The notes beneath the pieces were generated by a model. That model ran no database searches. It saw only the letters and a program-made list of their open reading frames with translations, and was not told where the DNA came from. A DNA stretch of 64,000 nucleotides, taken from positions 124,001 to 188,000 of the forward strand of contig JAQGDQ010000012.1 of NCBI GenBank assembly GCA_030141605.1, written 5' to 3'. Positions 27,150-40,414 of the stretch are shown piece after piece (the stretch's first letter is position 1; every line of letters starts with the position of its first letter). The stretch comes from Tubiluchus corallicola (Eukaryota; Animalia; Priapulida). A program made the translations under genes and the position numbers.

Positions 27150-28158
27150 AGAAACTCAGCAATCAGCTGTAAGTTGATTTTCATTTTCAGAAGTTGGCTG
27201 CTGTTTGTGTTGTTTGCCGTTGATGATGCGAAGCAGATGTAGTCGACAAGAATCTTGTTCCAATCAGCCTCGTTTTTCTTCCAGCATCCTTGAGGCGATA
27301 CTGAACACCATTAATTAACCAATCTTTCCACTCTTTCCACGTTGACACGAGCGCCCCACCATGAGGCCACAGACTCCAATCAGCTGTTCATTGCGTCCCG
27401 AGTTTACGAGCAAAAACGCATTCTTCTCCGCAGCACATGGGATGCCTGAATTCTGCTGCAGCATCACTATTTGTATGAGGAAATCATTGGGATGCTGCTG
27501 AAAGTTAAAGGGCTGAGACAACATCACCCCCGTCACCCATCAGGCTTGTGTAAAATGATACATCTTGTACAGTGAGGTTATTCGGCCGCTTCTTCGCTTT
27601 CTGGACGTTGAGTTGAACGAGCTGGCGGATGCTGGGAGGTTGTTTAATTTCAATAACGAGGTGTCATCAGTAGCGTGTGTACAGCAGCCCACGAATGAAT
27701 ACATGTGTTGTGCTACTGGCTGGAGTCTTCATGTTGCTCTGCTGTGTGTTATGAACCGTGTTGGTCGGCGAAAGCTTGTAAATGCGAACATTATGCCCAT
27801 TTTAAATTTCACAGTTTGACGCCCTGGGAAGAAGATCCGTGCGAGAAAAAATGATAGCCTGCAGTCGTTGGGATTTCTAAACCTCGTGTCGTGCTGTAAA
27901 ACTTGTTTAAACCGCTAAAGTTTGTGTTCTCACCATTTTATAAGTAAGAGGTGTTTTAATTTTGGATGATTTTTCAAATTTACTGTGTTAATTATCGCAG
28001 AAAGAATCGATTATAGCTTAACTTAAGTATAGCTTACTTGATTTTTCGGTAAAAATTTTCTGTATTTGTCTTAAGCTAAAAACACTAAGCCGAGCTTCTC
28101 GCGAGAAACTAGATATTTATGATGCGGAGTGAACTTTATTGAATTAGTTACATGTGTC
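27150..28158 (+). promoter_or_regulatory. Probable promoter/5' UTR region of the kazrin-like gene
   Basis: Higher GC/CpG, repeat-free stretch directly upstream of the ATG at 28159. The TSS cannot be placed from sequence alone. Confidence 0.35.
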
Positions 28159-29410
28159 ATGATGGAAGAATCTGGAGTAGCCGAAGCTTGCATAACTGTG
28201 CCCGAAGATGCAGTTCTTAGCACTTGTCAAAACGAACGACAGAGAAGGTCAAGAACAAGGGGCAATCTCAAACAGAGATATCCAGTCAATGAAAGCAAAA
28301 TTTTGTCTGCTTTTACGGACGTTGATTACCACTCTGACTCTGACGTTCCTAAGTCGACTTGTGATAGCGCAGCTTCTCAAAGTAAACACCGCTTATCAGA
28401 TCCAAATGTAGGCTCCAAGTTTATAACAGGTGGATCCATTACTAGCTGCCGGACATCAGTTTTTAATGTCCCCGAGAAGCAAGTTGTTTGTCCAGTTGTC
28501 GTTACTGAGCTTGCAGAACAAAAACAGGAAGCTCTTGTTAATCCTGTGTTCAGTTTAAAAAATCCACGAGAAGAGAAAATGCTTCTCAGGGCACCTCTCG
28601 CTAGTCCAGAATCATCAGGTGACGATCTTAGTCCAACTGCTTCTGCACAAGCATTTGGTAGTGTTGCTGAGACTTCAGAAGCCGGCATACCTGCATCCGA
28701 ACCCGAAATAATCAAAAGTATCGATCACCATATTCAACATTCTGCTCAAGTAACTGAGGGTGTTGACATGAGTGTTCTATCAAATGCAAGTTTTGAACCT
28801 GCAGAAGAAAAGAAAGAATTCACTCAATCTATGAATGAACCAATTATTGCTATGGATTTTGAACAAAGTCGCACATTTCCAGTATATACCTGTGACGTCA
28901 GTTTCTCGGCGCCACAAAAGCCTCTGCCACCAATTGTTTATCATAAGGTCATCAGTCGAGGTGTTGAGATGAGCCAGCTGCCTCCTCTTGCCGAACAAGA
29001 TGAACCTTTAGAAGCATGGCGCCATCAAAAAGGAGTTGAAGAGTTTAATGTAGGTGCCACTCGAGAGGTGACATTGTCACCGGATGAGACTGTCACACCA
29101 ATGGCTCCCTATGAATATGACAAGGTCACGAGAAGAGGTGGATTCCGGGAGACAATGATCGATTCTGAAGTTGTGTCTGCCCCAGATTTGACCTTGCATC
29201 CTAGTCAAAATATCGCTATCAACCAAATAACATCACCTGTAACAAGAACAAGGCAAAATTACCAAGACTTGTTCCTACCACAGGTGCAGCATCCCAATGG
29301 TTTCCATGATATTGTCGAAGACGTCCTTCTAAGCAACAGTGACGACGTACTGCTACACGATGGACCATATAGTCAGGCATTTGCAATACAGAATGCACAC
29401 TTTGAAACAG
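28159..29410 (+). CDS. KAZN: Large first coding exon of the kazrin-like gene (417 codons, S/E/P/T-rich, probably disordered)
   Basis: Longest ORF in the window (28129..29436); ATG ATG at 28159; strong phase-1 donor ACAG|gtatga at 29410 matches the phase-1 acceptor at 42178. Confidence 0.78.
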
Positions 29411-32400
29411 GTATGAACTACGTAGTATTTAATTAGGCCTAATTAGGCATACACTTCATATTAGTGAAAGTGAGTGCTGAATTTGAAACATGAATTTTTG
29501 ACACTGAATGTGTCCACTTATTACCAGTTAGATGCAGTCTTTTCACTTTGGTAGACTCGAAAACCGTAGTACTGTAGTTCTTTTTAGTAGTGTATTGTGA
29601 AAAGCACAAAGAGTAAGAACAATCACGACAATATATCAGAAAGAATATTGTTTCTTGTATATACCCGTAATTGTTTCTATTTCTTGTACCTTTTTACAAT
29701 GTAGTAGTTTTTTGCTTCGTCGTTAGTTTATTCAATATATTACTACTTTTCTAAACTTATTCCTTTCGTACATGCGTACAAATTTTATGTTAAGAGGTGC
29801 GTGTTTTAAGAATTTATTTTTACAAAAGGAACAATGTAAGTGCTGTCGTGAGAAAGCATTTAACTAAGACTTGTAGCTGCCTGGTAAGACAGCTGTATAT
29901 CCATGTTTGTGAACATGAAATTTAAACAGGAAAATCAATCCCAACACTAATTACGTAGAAATGGAAACACGCTAAAATTTATTAAACAGTCGCCCTTGAG
30001 TAAAAAAGAAAGAGCAAAGGGTTGTTTTACAATCATATTGCTTCCTTTAATTCATTTTAGAATATTACAAATTTGCATGTTTTGTAATTTGAAAAATTAC
30101 GTTTACAAGCTTGACTTTATAGGTAACGCCTTTAGAAATAAGACTTTACCGTGTAATTTATTTCATGAAGACTAAGAGTTAAAAGATATAAGTGCGACCT
30201 TTCACTCAAACGTTAATAAAATACGAACAGCATTTTCAAATAACTGTAGCTTCAGTTGATACAGGAGCGACTTTTACTAAAATGGTTCGAAGCCATTAAA
30301 TTGGAATCATTTTCCAATGAAAAAATTGGAATAACGTTTACAGAAGACAATTTAAATGCTGTAGAAAGCCATAATTGGTTAATTGGTTTCTGTTACCTAG
30401 GCAAAGCAACAGAAAAGTAAAATAGTTTTAGCAAATGCTTAACGTGTGTAAGACCGACTACATTACTTAAGTATATATCTGCTTTATTGGCATCATTCTT
30501 TAATCGCTGTGCGGCCCGAATGCATTGATCTCTCCAGCTTTTTTGCTTTCCCTACCCCCTATTTTCTACCAGTCAATACTGCCAAAATTTCATCAGTAAA
30601 CATGTACGGATAAAGTTGGCGCCCTCATAATAAACACGTGCTATAAAATCGTCTCGGCTTCCTCGTGGTGTTACATTCAAACTCAACTTCAAAAAAAGAA
30701 GCGTTTTTTAGGCTAGCAATCTCAACACTGCTCTCAAGCATCCTAGCTATGAACGCAAAAACATTTTATGTCGGCGATAATTACCGCCAATTGGGAACTT
30801 TAGCTGCATGAAGCAACATACAAGCCAGCACGAAACAATAATGTTACTTGTTCTGAACCGACACAAATTGTCGGAAAATAAACATCGCCGTGTTGGCAAC
30901 GCGCAGCGGGTAACATCGTAAAATTAGGGGAATCACCCAATTTTCTGACACGTTTTCGTTTGTGTCGCTGTCTCGCTGAGGTTCCATGTGAATCTGTCCC
31001 GCATCTTCAAAACGTCAAAATACTTCATCTTAATTTCAAGATAGAATGGAAATGCGAAATGCGAAGAGGACATTCGGGACAAAACCTGGATATAAACCAT
31101 GAACTTTTTGCTTTCAAGCCGAACATCATAACCACTAGACTACATGTCCACTGATAATGACAAGACTTAGTTCCAAGTCAGTCTGTATAGCAAGTTATAG
31201 AGAAACTTTATGGCTCGTCTTCTTCCCTCCCTTTCATTTTATTGCAAAACTTATGGATAATTATTTCAGCGGATTGTAAACTGCGTATGAGTTATGGTTT
31301 TAATGACTTTTTACGTGTAAATATGTAAAAAAGCGAAATGAAAAATTAGTTGTCATTTGTTTTAATTAGAGGGTTCGTTGAATCATCTGTTATCCAACAA
31401 ATTCTACATATTGACAGCAAAACGTGATTTTTATTTCCTTTCCTCTCATTTAGTAACTAGTCAGAGATTTTTTTTATTCGCGCTAGGCCATATCGTTTTT
31501 TTAGATTAGTTTTGCACGCTGGTGCTAGTTATCTGACACTAGAACTACCGCATAAGCGCGAAAACTTAAATTGTTGGGGCCGGGGAAGATCCTTCAAACT
31601 GAAACTCAAGATGTTCCAGTCAGTGCATATCCCACGGCGTGTAAAAATACTTTATGACTTTTCACTGACAATTTCTACTCCTGTTATCATTTAAATGATT
31701 GATAACAATTTTGATGAATACTTTTTGTTACATATGTACAAAAGTAGCAGTCATTGTAACGCGTGTTCAGAATACAGTCGCTGTAGCTTGTATAGTACAC
31801 ATGCCTTACATGAATTTTGCCCAAGTTTGTTAAAACTTTAGTTGCCTTTGCTGTACAAATAAGTTTCCATGTTTTTGCCACGACTCAAACAGTACCGCCT
31901 AGCGAGTAATGAATTACTGACAATAACCGCAGGGTATGGGATCATAAAAACTTCATTCCTAACGTCCAGCGTATAGTTCATAAATTAGCCATAAATATTT
32001 ATTCTGAATTTCATTCTTTATTTCTTCGTCCAGCTTTTCCTCCTTCTGTCAGTCTTATGGGAAATCTGTTATTTAATTCTTTATTTTTTTGAAAATAATT
32101 ATTTACTTTTAAAACTCGGCGTACTTAAGCCTTAAACAAAACTGCGACAGAAATATAGTCCATGAATTCTTCCATGTTGTAATTTGACGATGCTTGTTAA
32201 AACAACTGTAACAATTTTTAATACCTAATAACTTTTTTGTATCTGCTGCTTGTAGCGGTAGTTTGTTATCTGATCGTCTATTTAATGCAGCTTTCTTCTA
32301 TTTGATTTCTGGTAAATTTATAGTCATGGTAAAATTAATGATCAAGTTTAGCGTGAAAAGGATTTCTATTCCTCCATGGTGAAGGAATGCCAATGAAGGC

Positions 32401-35400
32401 AGGTTACTTCAAAGTCGTTTTCTTCTCCAGGTTAAGTTAGTTTCATGAATAGTTGTTTGTATTCAACACTCTATTGTTAACTGCGAGTAGTAGTTATTAA
32501 AATCATTTGACTTCTCGTCATCCCTTTCTCCAGAGTGGTGCACATATGCTTATGTGTTTTGTATTGATCAACATAGCGGATTATATAATGGCAACATAAA
32601 GGAATTGAATTTCAATCAAAGAAAACGTATGATTGTTTTGTTTATTGTATTTCTCTCTGACTCTCTTTCTCTCTCTCTCCCACTCTCTCTCTCGCTCTCT
32701 CTTTCTCTCTCTCTTTTTCTCTTTCCTCCATTCTTTCTTTCTTTCTGTCTTTCTTTCTTTCTCTCGCTCTCGCTTTCGCTATTTGTCAACACTTTCTTGT
32801 TTTCTACCATCGTCATTTTTCCTCTCTGTCATTTTAAACAAACACAGCAAATTTCGAAACAGCTGATTGCAATAGCAACAAGTGCACATCTTCCTTTGGC
32901 ATTCCTGGTGATGTGTCACTTTGGCAGCTCATCTTTTCGGATGTGAAAAGCAAATTGTAAAAGACGAATTCACCATGGTGACATGCTGTTATGACGATAC
33001 AACAATCCGCATATCAAAAGGGGCTTACTAACAATTAACTGTAGAAATAATTATAAAACATAGTAGAAGAGTAGCAAAAACAATTAACAAATGTTATAAA
33101 AGGTTACATCTCCAACAGTGACCGCTACGATCATTTGACCTTATTCGTGCATGGTCATGGAGTATTTAACCATCTTCATGAATTTTTTATGTTGTTACGC
33201 GTCGCTTCGCCACCTCCACTATATGGAATGTGAACACACCTTTAAGATTTAGCTCAGCGTATTGATACTTATTAGACATACATACTGAACATTCTATGAA
33301 TAATCATACAAAAGTGAATTACGCTTAATGGAGACTATCAATCATCAGACTCGCGGGAAGCTACTGTAATTCTGAAACCGCACGCATGCAACATTGTAAT
33401 TAATCAAAGTATATATAAATTTATTGTATTAATTGCTCAGTTTGGATCAGAGTTGGAACCGGGTCACGGGAACTGACCTTACTGACCCGCTTACCATGTG
33501 CACCAAGCGACCCGATTTGACAGAAATTTGGAGGCGTACAACATATTTGCAAAGAAAATATAATTACTCTGATATAACCTTCCATTAAACAATTTGGCCA
33601 TTTTGTATATACTTACTTGATTGTTTTTCTATTTGATTGATTTTTGTTTTGGTAATGCTTTAGTAATGTATAACGAAGCAAAGAGAATGTTCTGTAAGTT
33701 GTTTGCAAACACAGTTTCTTTGTAAATCATAGTCTATTTCATTAATTGTTATAATTAACAACATGTAGCAGGAATATGTTTTTTTCGCCACCACCATCAC
33801 CACCACCACCAACAACAATAACACCACCACCGCCACCACCATCACATCCACCACCACCACCATCATCATCATAATCATTCGACACTGCGTTATTGGTTAT
33901 ACCATGTTAGCTACTTGTTTACTAACTGCCTGTGCTTTAGTTAAAAACTTTTGCACTTTAAAAAATTAAATGCCGGTCGGAACAATAACAGCTATAGTCA
34001 TTAGCTGCGTTGATGTCGAAAGCATTCAATACACGGAACACAGCAATAAAGAATAATAAAGCAATCAGTTTACATCAAGGTCTTCACTACGGAAAATAAA
34101 ACACCGATAAAGATGCTGGAAAAAATGAGACTTGATTCTCTGGATTACGGTATCTGTAATTTTCTTAAAGAGAAAGTACACAGAGACATTTGATGCAAAG
34201 GAAATAAAGACAAAATTTACTGAGAGCTTGGATCAAATACCATTTAAAGAAGTAATAAACTGTGTCATATGTTGGAAGAAATGTCTTCGCTTAGTTTCCA
34301 GTGAAAATGCTGAACACCTACTGTAAATTTCAACATAGTGACAAAATTTTTTTCATCATTTATTTTTTCGACTTGTTGATTTAAAACTTCTGTTTCGTTG
34401 GAAAAATCGAGTGAAATGAACTAAGATTTTTGTGTTTATATATAAATGTATGCAATTTCTTCTTATGATATCGTTAATCCAAACTTCGGCAGATTTTCTT
34501 TGCGGCACCTGATTTTTCTGTGGAACTACAGAACGTCAAAAAATTGATTTTCCCAATACACTGTACTTGTATTACATGTGTTCACAGACATGTACCAACC
34601 AACATTTCTTAGTGTTCCAAAATCGACCTCTGATTTTCTTCAACTTTGTAAATTATTAGCAGTAAAATAGGCATATACTGTTGGCATTGCAATAAATATT
34701 TGACCTGCACATTGCACAAAGTTATTTTTCGGATTGTTTTTAGAATAAATAAGTAAAAAGACTGATTAAGATTATGCTACAGGCTGCAGCAAGCAATTAT
34801 TGCAAACAAAGTAAATGTTATCTTTCTATTTCCATTTAAATGAGATTTCTTAAGACTACACACGCCTTTGTAAAAACATTAACTGGTATCGCCCATTAGC
34901 CTGTGCTGAAGTCTTAATTTAGCCAATTACTTTTTACTAGGCATGATAAATTTTAATTTGGCCATTTATTTTTGTCAATATAACTTTGAACGTATTGAAA
35001 GCCTGAAATCACCTGAAATCAATACTATTTTTCGAAGCAGATCCTTACGTACATGAATTTTTGAAAAAAATGTAGGATTTTGTGTCACTAGGGGGCACAG
35101 CGATTCATTTTGTTATTGACCGATGGTAATAAACTAGCCACAAACTGTTTCAGTCGTTGTCGCACAGCGCTTGCTTGCCATATTAAACTGAGGTAATAAA
35201 AAGTTTAATTTTTCACATTGTCCAGTGTTAAGGTCCGCAATAACTGGTTTTGTTAACAACTACCATATCTTTCAATTAGTAATTCGCGGGAGGTGCTTTT
35301 TCAAACGTTTTATCGCAGTGATATTTTTAATTAAAGCTAGAGCTACCACATCATCGTGCAACGTTGAAAACAAAACCACGTGATGGTAACCTGAGTCCTC

Positions 35401-38400
35401 ATAATTTTCCTTTTTTGGGACCTCCCGGTTTTCGACTTTTATTAAAAGATCTAAGTGCTTGAGTTTTATAGCAGGTGCGTAATATTTGCTGAAATAACAA
35501 AAGTGCTTAAAATTTTTTTACGTACGTCAGAGCTGCACGAATTTCAAATGTTATCTCTCATACCAACAGATAAAAATCAGTGATCCCTTCGCGAACGTCT
35601 ATGACATGTTAGCTTGCTGAAATAGGGTAACAAGATCTGTGGCAATATATGAACAAAATCGTTATCAAGCCCAATGAGACAGCTAGCCGTTCATTCAGTC
35701 AGTCTCGCTTAAATGTTAGTTGTATTTTTTAAGTCGTCGTCATCATCATTGCCGTCGTTATCGTCATAGATTGTTGTCGTCGTCTTCGTCATTATCGTCA
35801 TCATCATCATCACCATCATCATCATTATCACCACTCTTTGCTTCTCACTGTAACTCACATATAGACATGCGCGTTTCTTTCTCCTGTTTACTATTATCTT
35901 CAATGGTCTTCATTGTGGTTTAAATAATTAGTTCGAGAAATCGCTTACGTGAATGTGACAGTACAACAAGTTTGAAAGAAAATCTTGCGCACGGCAACGA
36001 CTTTGTATAAAGTATGAAGCACGTAACCCCAATTAACACGTCTTACTGTGTCTTATCGTTTCCTGCACCTACCTAATGATCTCATTCGTTTTTAATACCT
36101 TATAAGTCAAGTGCTTGCAGAAGCTCTGTGTAGCAGGGCTAATTGGACCATCTTCCCATTCCTTTCCGCGCTTTTTTCTTCCTCAGCATGAAAGACGTTA
36201 TTGTGTTGCTGTTTCCACAGCAAAATAATGCTTGAGTTTATTTTTCTTTCCTGTCTCAGGCGCTGTTATGCAAAATCTACCATGGCAGCGCTCAGAGGCT
36301 GAACGAAAGGTGATCAGTAGTTTGTAAAAATTTCCAGTTTTTTTCGTTAGCGTGTTGCTTGCCCATTTTTGCAATGTAGCATACTGTACCTCGCATTTTT
36401 AGAGTGATTAGTGAAACCAATACATGCTCATTATGGTTACAATTTAAAACATACACGCATAAAGTCTTTACCAGCAGTTCAAAAATTTCAAGATTTATTG
36501 TGAAATACCTACTCAAGGATTCGAAAGTATTACAAGCTACATCTAATTAATTTAATTTAACAGCATGATGCTTACATTAAAGTAAAAGTATCTGACGTTT
36601 TTTTAGATCTTTAGACATTAGCAATTGGGTATATCTCTATAGTTGTAACTGCCAAACTTTTCATATAATTGATAACGAAGAAGTTGAGTGTGTAAAGCGT
36701 GCACTTTTGCTATTTTTTCGCTGTTTTTGCCACAAAGATTAAAATTTCTTGCACTTTTATTCTAAACAAGCCAGTAGCTATACGCTGTATAATAGCATAC
36801 ATTGTTAGAAATGAAAAGACACGACGGTTCATTCCATCACTGTGTAGTATTTTCAAGTGAAAGAAAAACACAATTAATCAAAACATTCATTACATTTTTT
36901 GAGAAACCAATCACTAAAATTAAGCATAATCTGTGGGACAGAAAAACTCTAAGGAAAAGATACGTAAAAGCTTATAATGTAACAACGCAGTACGTAACGA
37001 TTATAATGATAATGAAAGGAGAAATTGGGTACATTGTGATTACATAGCCAGTTTCTCCTTTCATTTCTTGATAGTGAAGTTTTTATTAACTGTTCCAGTT
37101 CTTGTCATTAAGATTCATTTCCGTGTTACGTCATGATAGGCAGACGATCTTTCTTTCTAGACATTTAATAGCCATAGTATAAATAAGGGTACGAAAATGA
37201 AACGATTATAACTAACTATCAGTTTAGTGTAGGTAATCTTGTATAATTGTCTGCCCTAGTTAACGTAACACTAAATAGAAGATCGTAGAAACAACCAAAG
37301 TATTTATGAGATTTGGTCAAATTTCGTTGTACTAGCCTTAATGGCGTACTACTGATTAAAGGCAAGCACTCCACCAGCCATTTCAATTACGAACTCCTTG
37401 AAAATTTTGACGCTCGACAAGAATTTTGCAGTTAGGAAAAATTTTTGTTACACTATCGAAAACGTATCCGTGCAAATGAATGTATCATGCCGCTGGCGAC
37501 TAAAACGCAAATTTAAAATTAACTGCCGTACTTAACTGGGGTTTTAGTGCTCTTCGTGATATTTCGTTTAGTCGATTAAAAATATTTAATTGAACAGCTG
37601 TAAGTGATTAAGTAATTAACGAAGAGATATCTACAATTTTTTGTTTTGAACCAAATACACTCTAACTACCAAATATCTGCTCAACTGAATGATTACATTT
37701 TGAGTTAAAAAAGTGTGACGGACATAGTGAGTGAATGAACGAGTCACCGGGCTTTTGGTAGGATCCCAGCTGACGTTTGGGAATACGATAACTAATCTAA
37801 AAACTTCACGATAACTAATCTAAGAACTTCATTAATTGTTGGGGAAAATGTGACTACAGCTGTTGCTGTTACCACTGCCGCCTTCCTAGTGAACATACGT
37901 AATCCCGTCTACTTTCTTCACCCTTAGCTCTTGTGTAATTTGAAAAGAAGTCGTTCAGGTCAGTAAGCACCTTTTATTGTTGCAGTACCAGCAATCAAGA
38001 CTTAATAGCCTCAATTTGCCCACTCTATTCCTGCTGTGCATAATTTGGCAATTTTTCTATACAAATAAAAATCTCTTCAGGTCGTTGTAATTCTTATAGT
38101 CACAGATATTGCCATACTGGGGACATTTCAAGAGGCATCAATTGTTGAAAAATAGTATTAGGAGTTGTGTATCCTATGTGTACATAAGCTCTCACCCCAT
38201 TTTACATTGTTCTCAGTTGTAGATATATGTTATTCCATGCTTTTCTGTTTCTTTCCTCGCAAAATTGTATGCTATCTAAATGCTAAACTTGGATTGCATG
38301 AAAAACTGAATAGCCATGTCAAAAGGAAATTCATGAGCAAAATAATGGCCATCATTCCAGTTGCCGTGATTTTCATCAAATGTAATTAGGTAATCATCAT

Positions 38401-39344
38401 TTCCATTTCATTTTAACATATTCTTCTAAATGGATTTTTCCTCGGTTTCATAGATAATTCTGTAGACAAGGAATGGTGTTATACTCATTTTGCACTCTCA
38501 CTTGCCCTTTTTAGTAATTTCACCATGATGGTGACCAAAGGCAATCCCGAATAGTTGTTTCTTCACTGAGTTCTTCACTCATTCTCTGATTACCCATAAT
38601 CTGCCCTTTCTCTGCACTCGTGACACACATATCCGAGCGAACCAGTTCTATAATAGCAATTGTTTGATACATTTAGCTCCCAGTAGTAAAGTTCCAGCTA
38701 TTTGAACATTAATGTGAAGAGGAGGAGGTCGTCGTTTCGGCACTGGGGAGGTAGCTGGCTGATTGCAGTACGATTTGTGCAATGTTCGCTGTTCTGTTGT
38801 TACTTCTGACTTCTACGTCGTTCGATTTGTAAGATCGTGTGTGCATGGTTTCAAAGCAGTAAACTAAAGTAAGATTTGTATGTATTTATATGTATATTTA
38901 TAAAAGCCTTACATTTGGGCACGTATAGATTATATACACAATTTCCAAAAAAAAATCGAATTTTTAGAAAAATATATAGGGAGTTTAACAGCCTAAATAA
39001 AATAATATTGATAAAATAAAATTATAATATCAGACTGGTTGGTTTTAGGGTGAAGTTGACTATCATGGGTTTACCCTACACGTGTATGATCATTTACAGT
39101 ACGGCTAGCCTTCACTTTGGAGTTTATTAACATTAATTTTATGTTTGTGCTGTTTAGTTTTATTTATTTATTCTAATTTTATTTCGGTAAATGTAGTACA
39201 AAAATTGTGAACGTTCCTTTCTTGCATTCGTTTAAAGTTATAAGCGTTTACTTTTTTGGCTCACTCGCGTTGCTCATTCACTTGTTCAAATATTTGTACT
39301 TACGCCCGTATATCTACTTACTCATTATTGATTGATTGAACGAT

Positions 39345-39420
<76 letters not shown>

Positions 39421-40336
39421 TCATTCATTTGTTCATTCACTCTTTTATTGATCAATTCACTTTATAATTTATCATTTATTTACTCATTCAGTCCCCCACT
39501 CACTTGTTACTCGTCTACTTTAATTTCTTTATTTACTCTCGTATTTGTTTTCGCTCAATTAGCGCAATTTATTCATTCATTTGTTTGTTTAGTCGCTCGT
39601 GCCACTTCTTTGTTTATCCCTTATCTAAATGGTTCTTGTTCCTTCAATCGTTTAATTTCTGTCCATTAATTCATTTTATTCACGTCATTCGTTATTCTGT
39701 ACGTCAAGTGGGCTTAGCCTGGAACTTTAACACAAGACTTCGCCTGTTTTTCAACAAAATCAAGTTGGAAACTTCTATAATAGTCATCTCGGTTTTGTGC
39801 CATAAATGTCAATTTTAAATGTTTCTTCTGTGCGAAACTTTCCAGTTGGAAGTACCCAAATTTGGATTACATGTTGTGATATATTACACATATAATGAAG
39901 ACGTGACAAGCCGAAGATTTGTTAACAGCGGGTAACAGATTTCCTCCATTACGTCATGGACAAATCAGTAAATCCTGCCACATTCGTTTTAATCTTACTA
40001 GCAAGGTAAAACTGGTGGCGAATCCATAAACGAAAACACGAAAGCAGTCATCACGTTCTTGACATACAACATTTGAACCAATACGCCCCTTGGCCAATTT
40101 ACGAATGCCCGATGATGACCAGTAGTTGCAGGATATGATTGGAGCATTTCTAAAGAGATAATTGCTGTCATAAAGTCATTAGTGCCGATTAGTGAGAAAA
40201 TCGTGCAAATATGCTATTGAATCTACATTGCCGAGTAGTAGTAGTAGTAGTAGGTAGGCATATTCTTTATTTTGCCCTTTTTTAAAACATTGCCCATCGT
40301 AATCTTAGAATTAGAAACGCTGTTTTAGGAAAATAT

Positions 40337-40414
<78 letters not shown>

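Noticed and set aside
28208-28998. Alternative-frame and antisense ORFs within kazrin exon 1 (28208..28411, 28377..28715, 28780..28998)
   Set aside because: Shadow ORFs of a real coding exon.
31077-31149. Functional tRNA gene
   Set aside because: B-box and stems are degenerate; kept only as a tRNA-derived remnant.
32554-32946. Hydrophobic ORFs here and at 39448..39818 and 47793..48107 resembling membrane proteins
   Set aside because: Derived from pyrimidine-rich intronic low-complexity sequence.
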